From Thermodesulfobacteriota bacterium (GTDB taxonomy: Bacteria; Desulfobacterota; Desulfobulbia; Desulfobulbales; SURF-16): a stretch of 19,869 nt of DNA. Below are positions 7,417 to 14,515 of this stretch, in pieces. The position numbers and the translations under genes are program-made. Below the pieces are notes generated by a model that was not told where the DNA came from, searched no databases, and worked only from the letters and a program-made list of their open reading frames with translations. The DNA lies in contig JBDLIE010000049.1 of assembly GCA_039715015.1 (NCBI GenBank), forward strand, positions 1-19,869, read 5' to 3'. Position 1 is the stretch's first letter; the number at the start of each line of letters is the position of its first letter.

Positions 7417-9000
7417 ATGTTTGAGGATTTCTATCATCTTAACGAAAATCCGTTCCAGATCAATACAGATCCGCGTTTTCTCTGGTTGGGAGAAAAGCAT
7501 AAAGAGGCCTTGGCAATCTTACAGTATGGTGTCCTTGGTAATAAGAGTTTTTTGCTCCTTACAGGGGATGTGGGTACCGGTAAAACGACACTGATCAATG
7601 CCTTGCTCAAAGGTCAGGGTCCTGAAACCTTGATTGCAACTATTCAGGATCCCGATCTTTCAACTCTGGATCTCTATAATTATATTGCCTATGCCTTTGG
7701 TATGCCGGGAAGATATACCAGTAAGGGGAAGTTTTTAGTCGGTTTCAGGAAGTTCTTGCAGGACAATTACTATAAGGGCAAGAGGGTGCTACTCATTGTT
7801 GATGAGGCGCAGCGAACCAAGCAGGAAATTCTCGAAGATATCAGGGTGCTTTCTAATATTGAGGTCGCTGGCAATAAACTAATCAATATTTTTTTCGTAG
7901 GGCAGAATGAATTTAACGGCATTCTGTTGCGCGATGAAAATAAGGCAATCAGGCAAAGAATAACAATAAGCTATAATATCAAGTCCTTAACCTCTAGCGA
8001 GGTGAACAAGTATATCCAATTTCGTCTTTTTAAGGCCGGAGCAAAAACGAGGATATTTAAAAAAGATGCAGTTGTTGAGATCTTTAAAACCACAAAAGGT
8101 TACCCTCGTCTGATCAATATCCTCTGTGATCGCTGCTTGGTGACTGGTTTTGTCCAGGGTAAGAAAACAATAGGCCGTAAAATTGTTAAGGAATGCTGGG
8201 CCGAGATTGACCTTTTCGGGCAGCAAGCCAGCACCAAAAAAGCGGTTAAGGATGAGCTCTTGTCCATAGAGCCTTCATTGTCCTGGTGGAGGTTGCCCAT
8301 CGCCAAGGGCCTTGTCTCCATCACTTGCCTTGCCATGTTTTTGGGGGCTGGGTGGCTTTATTATGATGATGTTAAGACCGTTGTGTCTGGCTCCTCGCAA
8401 GCTGGTGGATTCTTGGCCGAAGAAATATCAGCTTCAGCAGCAACAAAAGCCCCTCCAACAGCAGGATTATCTCCGGAAAATCAAGGTGGAGAAAAGGCAG
8501 GTTTCAAGGCTGCTAAGATTGTGGTGCCGAAAGCAGAGAAAGGCACCGGAAAAATGAGCGATGATAGAGCTATGGGTAGGGAGTTTATGGCGAGCGGGGA
8601 TGAGCGTTCTCTGGCCATCAGTAAAACCACACTCCCCCTTCCGCTAGAAAATGGTCATAAGTTGCAGGTTTTTTTTCAGTCAGATTCCATTTCTCCGGCA
8701 CCTGAATATATTGAAGAAATGAAGGTTTTTTCTGACCGTTTCATCACCCTTACCGATGCCGGGATTATTGTCAGGGGCTATACCGACAGGTCCGGATCTG
8801 CCCGCTACAATAAGAAACTTGCCAAGTTTAGAGCCGACGTCATTAAGACTTTTCTTGCTGGAAGAGGTGTTGATGTGACGAAAATCTCCACCTTCGGGAT
8901 CGTCTCAGCTGGCCTCCCGGCTGAGAAAAGTATCCCTGTTCGTCAAGAGGAGGCCCGCCGCGTTGAGCTTGAGGTTGTTCGCCCTTATTCTGTTCAATAA
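7417..9000 (+). CDS. ExeA/GspA-family AAA ATPase (PEP-CTERM-locus type) with TM helix and C-terminal OmpA-like peptidoglycan-binding domain
   Basis: N-terminal FYHLNENPF..DPRF, Walker A GDVGTGKT, Walker B LLIVDEAQ, VGQNE and GYPRLINILCD. TM segment LVSITCLAMFLGAGWLYY. OmpA-like GYTDRSGSARYNKKLAKFRA...RRVEL. Confidence 0.9.
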   Translation: MFEDFYHLNENPFQINTDPRFLWLGEKHKEALAILQYGVLGNKSFLLLTGDVGTGKTTLINALLKGQGPETLIATIQDPDLSTLDLYNYIAYAFGMPGRYTSKGKFLVGFRKFLQDNYYKGKRVLLIVDEAQRTKQEILEDIRVLSNIEVAGNKLINIFFVGQNEFNGILLRDENKAIRQRITISYNIKSLTSSEVNKYIQFRLFKAGAKTRIFKKDAVVEIFKTTKGYPRLINILCDRCLVTGFVQGKKTIGRKIVKECWAEIDLFGQQASTKKAVKDELLSIEPSLSWWRLPIAKGLVSITCLAMFLGAGWLYYDDVKTVVSGSSQAGGFLAEEISASAATKAPPTAGLSPENQGGEKAGFKAAKIVVPKAEKGTGKMSDDRAMGREFMASGDERSLAISKTTLPLPLENGHKLQVFFQSDSISPAPEYIEEMKVFSDRFITLTDAGIIVRGYTDRSGSARYNKKLAKFRADVIKTFLAGRGVDVTKISTFGIVSAGLPAEKSIPVRQEEARRVELEVVRPYSVQ

Positions 9001-9027
9001 ATTTTCCTGGTTGTCTGACCGGCCTGT

Positions 9028-9041
9028 TTTTTCCGGAAAAA
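9028..9041. promoter_or_regulatory. Palindrome TTTTTCCGGAAAAA; candidate enhancer site for the cyclase promoter
   Basis: 14-bp perfect palindrome preceded by CCTGT, resembling 4941-4959; about 105 bp upstream of the sigma-54 site at 9141. Confidence 0.4.
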
Positions 9042-9140
9042 CGGATTGCTTTCCGATTTTGTGCGTCCTGGCACCGGTCTTATGTATAACAATTCTCCTA
9101 ACTTAGCGTAATAGTTGTCTGTTTTAAAAGTTGACTCTCG

Positions 9141-9156
9141 TGGCCTGAATATTGCT
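9141..9156 (+). promoter_or_regulatory. Sigma-54 (-24/-12) promoter upstream of the diguanylate cyclase gene
   Basis: TGGCCT-GAATA-TTGCT is a near-consensus TGGCAC-N5-TTGCW, intergenic and correctly oriented. Confidence 0.7.
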
Positions 9157-9402
9157 TTTGAGTGGATTTGCCACTGATGAATAACTCGCACTCAGTGATA
9201 ATAGATCTTTTGGGGACGTTTTTTCAGTTTGCGATAATGCTTTAGGTCAGGGCGTTGGTGAAGATCTGAAAAGTAATTCAGGAAGTGTGTTTGGGGAAAA
9301 TGTAAGTTTTTAGGTTGATGAAACTGCTAGGCTATTGGCTGATCTTGCAAAAAGGCACAATGTGAAAATGATTTGGGCCATATAAAGTTAAGGTGATTTA
9401 TT

Positions 9403-10620
9403 ATGGATTCAATAACGACCTCAGTTCTGGATATCAGACTCCTTGCATCAAATGATGAAAAGTTTATTGAAGGGATGAATAACCTGATCGACAAAGAAGG
9501 GGATAGCGCTTGTCAGGCGTTTTTTAAACTCTTTACAGATCTGGAACTGCCGCCTTATACGGCCCGAAAAAATTGGTTTAATATCGTTGATCACCGAGAG
9601 GCACTGGTTACTTTTTTGGGAAGAGATGTCAATCTCGTCACCGTATTGACCGACTATCTCAGTAGTTCTTGTCACTATTTCCGGAATCCGAAGATAATAG
9701 AGTTTGATACCTTCGAGAAGGTTCTCAAAGATTCTCGACATGACAATCTCACTGGTCTAAACAACCGGGGGGGGTTCTGGGAAATTTTAAAAGGCCATCT
9801 TGCCCAAGCAAAACGTCACAATACCGAGTTGACTATTTTGTTTCTTGATGTTGATAATTTCAAACTCTTCAACGATACCTATGGTCATCAGGCAGGTGAC
9901 AAGGCCCTTGTCGCCGTAGCTGATGTTATTAGGCAGGAGTCAAGGACCGATGACGTGTCGTTGCGTTACGGGGGGGAGGAATTTGTTATTATCATGCCCA
10001 ACACCGGTGAACGTAGCGCCCTTGTTTTGGCTGAAAGGATTCGGAAGAATATAGAAGGGCTTGTCGTCGAGGTCGACGGTGTTGAAAGGTCTGTGACCAT
10101 TAGTGGCGGCATTGCTTCCTATCCCAATGACGCCAAAAATGCCCATACATTGCTTAATAAGGCGGACAAAGCCCTGTACCGTTCTAAGAAAATGGGTAAG
10201 AATAATATTTCGGTCTTTGCCGAGGAAAAGCAACGTGGTTACCCGCGAAGCAAACTTATACGTCCTGTCAGGATAAAAAAGATTGGTTTGGATGCCACCC
10301 CTCCCATCCACGGAGCCAGTAAAAATATCTGCATGGAAGGTATGCTCTTTGAAACAGCGTACCATATCGACGTTGGCTCAAATATCGAGGTGAGCATACC
10401 GGTTTTAAACACCAACCCTCTTTTTCTTATTGGTTCTGTCGTCCGTGTCGACTCTGAGAAAAAAGGCAAGTATGACATCGGTATGGCCATCTCATTTAAA
10501 GAGATGGAAAAGGCTGCCCGTGATGAGATTTCTTCTTTTTTGACATCCGGACAAACAGGTATAAAGGTCAATCCTCGTGGATTAGCAACTAGGAAAGGGG
10601 CCAATATGTTGGAGATGTAA
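9403..10620 (+). CDS. Diguanylate cyclase (GGDEF) with C-terminal PilZ-like domain
   Basis: DNLTGLNNR, FLDVDNFKLFNDTYGHQAGD, I-site RTDD five residues before the active-site GGEEF, and ADKALYRSK. C-terminal RGYPR (RxxxR) and NICMEG (variant of D/NxSxxG). AAGGTG RBS. Confidence 0.93.
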   Translation: MDSITTSVLDIRLLASNDEKFIEGMNNLIDKEGDSACQAFFKLFTDLELPPYTARKNWFNIVDHREALVTFLGRDVNLVTVLTDYLSSSCHYFRNPKIIEFDTFEKVLKDSRHDNLTGLNNRGGFWEILKGHLAQAKRHNTELTILFLDVDNFKLFNDTYGHQAGDKALVAVADVIRQESRTDDVSLRYGGEEFVIIMPNTGERSALVLAERIRKNIEGLVVEVDGVERSVTISGGIASYPNDAKNAHTLLNKADKALYRSKKMGKNNISVFAEEKQRGYPRSKLIRPVRIKKIGLDATPPIHGASKNICMEGMLFETAYHIDVGSNIEVSIPVLNTNPLFLIGSVVRVDSEKKGKYDIGMAISFKEMEKAARDEISSFLTSGQTGIKVNPRGLATRKGANMLEM

Positions 10621-11260
10621 CCTGGAGAAGGCGCATTTCCGGAAGAACAAGGCAGGTAAGCATGCCGCCGTAGACTGCTCCACAATCAATGCCTATTTTG
10701 TCTATCATGAAGAGGGGCTTTTCCTGGGCGAAATGACCAAATATAATCCGTTTTGGCAGTTGAAAAGTGCTGCTGAGAAATGTCTGTTTGTCAGCCCAGT
10801 AAAGCCATTGTTGGCTTTGTTGGCTGAGATGTATGCCGGGCTCCAAGCCAGCATGGACATAGATGAAGTTTTCATCCTCCCAGTAAGGCAAAAGTTGGTC
10901 CAGGAACTGACGATGGTTTTTCGGTAAAGCTTTGACAAGAGAACGATGGTCATCCAAGTCAGCTCCATAGCTACTGATGGTTTGCTGGCCTCCTGACCTT
11001 AGAAAGAGCTCTTTTCCTCTTCCCCGTAGGTAGTTCAGTAACATTACCTCATGGTTACCCTTTAAAAAGATGGTGCGGAATTTTTTTTCTTTAAGGCAAA
11101 GGAGCTCTTCAATAAGCTCTTTGCTATGCGGTCCCCGGTTGACATAGTCCCCGAGAAAAACAAATTCGTCTTGTTCCGGGTTGGCTTTTATTTTGTTAAG
11201 AAGGCGAACAAAGGGTTTGTGACAACCATGAAGGTCGCCAATGACAAGTGTCCGTTGCAT
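10589..11260 (-). CDS. Metallophosphoesterase, PPP-family (PrpA/PphA-like) protein phosphatase
   Basis: GDLHG, GDYVNRG, GNHE, VHAG, FGH and IDCGA motifs. It starts 15 bp after the TPR gene stop, so the two are likely co-transcribed. Confidence 0.9.
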   Translation of the reverse strand: MQRTLVIGDLHGCHKPFVRLLNKIKANPEQDEFVFLGDYVNRGPHSKELIEELLCLKEKKFRTIFLKGNHEVMLLNYLRGRGKELFLRSGGQQTISSYGADLDDHRSLVKALPKNHRQFLDQLLPYWEDENFIYVHAGLEPGIHLSQQSQQWLYWADKQTFLSSTFQLPKRIIFGHFAQEKPLFMIDKIGIDCGAVYGGMLTCLVLPEMRLLQVTSPTYWPLS

Positions 11261-11275
11261 GGCGCGAGGACCCTG

Positions 11276-13558
11276 TCAACCCAGTTTGGCTAGGAGTGTT
11301 TTGGCCTCTTCTCTGTCTGGAAAGTCATGGTCTGTCTGCAGGCATTTTTCTAGCTCCTGCTTTGCTTTCCCATGCTCACCGGAACGATAAAGGGCCATAG
11401 CGAGATGGTAGCGCAGGGTAGGATTGTTTCTGTCTTTTTCAACTGCAAAAGAAAATTGACTTAATGCCAGTCTATAAGAACCTCGTTTGTAGTGGATCAT
11501 TCCCAAGGTGTCTGTAACAAAAGGGTCTTCTGGAAGTTGTTCTTTGGCCACGAGGGCAAGGCGCAAGGCCTCACCTAGATCGGCATCCTCCTCTTGAGCA
11601 AGGTCCCAAGCGAGGTTGTTGGCTGCAGGGGCGAAGCGAGGATTAGTCTCCAAGGCTTTTTTGTAGGATTCAATGGCGGCCTTGGAGTCCCCGCTGGCAT
11701 CAAGAAGAACACCAAGGGCCATGTGACCTTCTGTAGAGCCGGGATTTTTTTCAAGCAATGTCCGGTACTCATTGATGGCATTTTCTGTCTGTCCCATTTT
11801 AACTAAGAGTTCGGCTTCCATTAGGTAGGAGTGCGGGGCCTCTGGGCGTAGTTCTTGGCTGCGCCGAAACAGCATGAGAGCTTCTTCTTGAGATTTTTTG
11901 TCCTTTTTGAGCATGTTGGCCAGAAGGATTAGGTAATCGGCATTGGCAGGAGATTTTTCCAGCTGCTTTCTAACCCGGAGCACAGCTTGGTTGGGACCTT
12001 CAAGTTTGGCCTGGGTCGCCACCAGGGTAAGAAGGGCAGGGGTATAGTTGGGATTAACAGCCAAGGTTCGTTCAAGTTCGTTTTGGGCTTTGCCGAACTC
12101 CTTTGTGGCGATAAGGCCAAGGGCTTTGTTGAAAAGGATTTCGACATTGTCCGGGACCTGTTTTTCCATGTCTGAGAATATCTGCAAGGACTTGTTGGCC
12201 TGCCCTTGACTGAGAAGCGATTTTCCTAAAATGACGGCTGCCCTGAAATTACTGGGCTGAAATCGTAGTGCCATGGCAGCCTCTTGCTCGGCTGCTGGAA
12301 AGTCACGCTGTAAAAAATGATGGTAGGCGCTTAAGGCCCGGATATTGGAGTTGCTAGGAGCATATTGCAGGGCCTGGCCGATAGCTTTATAGGACAGAAT
12401 GGTTTCGCCCTTGTTGAGGTGAATCATGGCCTTTACATGGTAGGCCTCTCCCCATTTTGGAAAATCCTCAATGAGCTTATCTGCAATGAGTTGGGCTGCT
12501 GAGTTGTCATCTGCCAGAATAAGAAGTTTAGCAGTGACGAGATTGGCCAGAGGCTGGTTGGGCTTAGTTTGGAAAATAACATCGATTTCTTCCTGGGCAA
12601 GGCTGGTACGGCCAGTCTCAAAATGAAAGCTGGCTAGAATAGCCTTTATATCTTCTGATTGGCCACTTACAAGATATGCCTGGTTGTATGCATCTTCAGC
12701 AAGCCCAAATTTGTTTAATTTCTGATAGAGTTTGCCGAGGATGACATGCAGGTTTGGGTCGTCTTTTTTTTGTTCAATGGCATCTCTGATGCTTTTTTCG
12801 GCATTTTCCACCCTGCCTGTGTTCATGTAAAATTTGGCCAGTTCAATGTGGGGTTCAGGACGATCGGGAAAGGTAGTTAATGTTTCGTTCAGGACAGTCT
12901 CGGCTTCGGCTAGTTTACGCCACTTTATATAGAGCCCCACAAGGGCATTATAGTAGGTGATGTTGGTGCTCTCCAATTCGATTCCTTTACGGTTGGCCTT
13001 TACTGCCCCGTCAAGATCCTGCCTAGCCGACAGAATGGAAGATTGGATGAGATAATAGCGAGATTGTTGGCTGTCGAGCTCTATGGCCCTGTTGATGACC
13101 TTTTCTGCCTCCTCCAGGTTCTGCTCCCCGAGCTCAATGCTGGCCAGAAGGGCATAGGCTTGGGCGAAATCGGGATCGGCGGCCAGAATCTTATCCACCC
13201 GTTCCCGGCTTTTTTTGAACCCTTTACTGAGAAAGAGCATCTCTGCCGACTTAATAAGAGCATCCGTGTTCTGTGGATCAAGGCTTCCAGCTCTCTCAAA
13301 CTGTTTGAAGGCCTGCTTTGTTTCTCCTGTTTTTAGATAGGCGAGAGCCATTCGATAGCGGGCATCAGCGAATTTGGGATCTATCTTAACGGCGTTTCGA
13401 AATTCCAGAATAGCTGCTTTGCTATCATCAGCCTCCGCATATTCCAGACCTTTTTGATAATGAGCCTCTTTTTTTTCCTGCTGATTGCTGCAGGCGCTAG
13501 AGCATACAAGAAGTACACACAATAAAACTTGGAGAAGTTTATTATACAGAGTCTTCAT
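11276..13558 (-). CDS. prsT: TPR-repeat lipoprotein, PEP-CTERM system PrsT-like
   Basis: Lipoprotein signal ending SSAC-SNQQEKK, TPR repeats throughout, and C-terminal AANNLAW..LGEALRLA..PEDPFVTDTLG typical of PrsT-like proteins, in a PEP-CTERM/EPS context. ATG at 13558 is preceded by GGTGAG; GTG at 13567 is an alternative start. Confidence 0.85.
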   Translation of the reverse strand: MKTLYNKLLQVLLCVLLVCSSACSNQQEKKEAHYQKGLEYAEADDSKAAILEFRNAVKIDPKFADARYRMALAYLKTGETKQAFKQFERAGSLDPQNTDALIKSAEMLFLSKGFKKSRERVDKILAADPDFAQAYALLASIELGEQNLEEAEKVINRAIELDSQQSRYYLIQSSILSARQDLDGAVKANRKGIELESTNITYYNALVGLYIKWRKLAEAETVLNETLTTFPDRPEPHIELAKFYMNTGRVENAEKSIRDAIEQKKDDPNLHVILGKLYQKLNKFGLAEDAYNQAYLVSGQSEDIKAILASFHFETGRTSLAQEEIDVIFQTKPNQPLANLVTAKLLILADDNSAAQLIADKLIEDFPKWGEAYHVKAMIHLNKGETILSYKAIGQALQYAPSNSNIRALSAYHHFLQRDFPAAEQEAAMALRFQPSNFRAAVILGKSLLSQGQANKSLQIFSDMEKQVPDNVEILFNKALGLIATKEFGKAQNELERTLAVNPNYTPALLTLVATQAKLEGPNQAVLRVRKQLEKSPANADYLILLANMLKKDKKSQEEALMLFRRSQELRPEAPHSYLMEAELLVKMGQTENAINEYRTLLEKNPGSTEGHMALGVLLDASGDSKAAIESYKKALETNPRFAPAANNLAWDLAQEEDADLGEALRLALVAKEQLPEDPFVTDTLGMIHYKRGSYRLALSQFSFAVEKDRNNPTLRYHLAMALYRSGEHGKAKQELEKCLQTDHDFPDREEAKTLLAKLG

Positions 13559-13612
13559 AAGTCTCACCCAAAAGGTTTGAATTTGATTGTCTGGGTTTGG
13601 ATCCTATCTTTT

Positions 13613-13641
13613 ACTTTATGTAAATAGGCTGTGGAGATCAA
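13613..13641 (-). promoter_or_regulatory. Possible sigma-70 promoter for the TPR/phosphatase operon
   Basis: Minus strand reads TTGATC-N17-TAAAGT. Confidence 0.4.
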
Positions 13642-13708
13642 GGCGGATATGTTCTGTTGGTGAATTTCTACAGCGAGGCAATTTTTTTAGGTCCCACTGT
13701 AACTTTTT

Positions 13709-13737
13709 TTGCGAAATTTTTTTTCTATGCGTATGCT
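13709..13737 (+). promoter_or_regulatory. Possible sigma-70 promoter for the EPS export operon
   Basis: TTGCGA-N17-TATGCT, 57 bp upstream of the ATG at 13795. Confidence 0.45.
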
Positions 13738-13794
13738 GGATCTAAGTGTGTGGAAATCATCATATAAAACTTCAAGTTCATAGGGGGCGTATCT

Positions 13795-14415
13795 ATGGAA
13801 GTGTTGAAGTCATTTACTTGGCGTACTTTTCTTTTGCTGGGCATGATTTTGGGCACCATTTTTCAGCTTTACGGTAATATCCCTGCCAGTCAAGCCGCTC
13901 CGTCTTCTAAACAACAAGGACAACCAATTCACCAAGAATATCTGGTTGGTATTGGTGATGTCCTTGAAATTTCAGTCTGGCACGAACCTGATATCTCAAC
14001 GGACGTCTTTGTCCGCCTTGACGGAAGGATATCGTTGCCCCTTGTTGGCGACGTATTAGCCGAAGGTCTTTCTCCTGAGGCACTTGCCCAGACAATCAGC
14101 CAAAAGATAAGTGAGTTCATCTCTGATCCGAGTGTGACGGTAACCCTCAAGGCAAGCAGGAGTAGAATGTATTATGCCCTGGGGCAGATTGCCAAACCAG
14201 GCGAATACAGTTTGAGCACCCCTGTGTCAATTATCCAGGCCATAGCCCGAGCCGGTGGTTTTGCCGAGTGGGCCAAAAAGGATAAGGTTATTGTGGTCCG
14301 CCGCCATGCAGGCAAAGAAAAAATAATCTCCTTTGACTACGATAAATTTGTAGGCGGCAAGAATCTCGGCCAGAACTTGTCGTTACAACCAGGTGATACG
14401 CTTATTGTTCCGTGA
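13795..14415 (+). CDS. Short polysaccharide export (OPX/Wza-family) periplasmic protein: Poly_export plus one SLBB domain
   Basis: YLVGIGDVLEISVW..VRLDGRISLPLVG PES motif, then GQIAKPGEY..QAIARAGGF, ending LQPGDTLIVP. Signal peptide without a lipobox Cys; no C-terminal outer-membrane helix. Confidence 0.92.
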   Translation: MEVLKSFTWRTFLLLGMILGTIFQLYGNIPASQAAPSSKQQGQPIHQEYLVGIGDVLEISVWHEPDISTDVFVRLDGRISLPLVGDVLAEGLSPEALAQTISQKISEFISDPSVTVTLKASRSRMYYALGQIAKPGEYSLSTPVSIIQAIARAGGFAEWAKKDKVIVVRRHAGKEKIISFDYDKFVGGKNLGQNLSLQPGDTLIVP

Positions 14416-14515
14416 TGATCCCTGATAGAGGGTTAAGATAGGGCCGTTGTTTGTTCCTATGCCGTGTTTGGGCCCAATGAACAGTTTTTCTAAACTTTAA
14501 ATTGAGCGAAATGAC

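Noticed and set aside
8994..9191. 65-aa minus-strand intergenic ORF
   Set aside because: GTG start without RBS; it spans the sigma-54 promoter and palindrome, so the region is more plausibly non-coding.
13698..13713. TGTAACTTTTTTTGCG resembling the PEP-CTERM sigma-54 site
   Set aside because: Lacks the invariant -24 GG; better explained by the overlapping sigma-70 -35 box.
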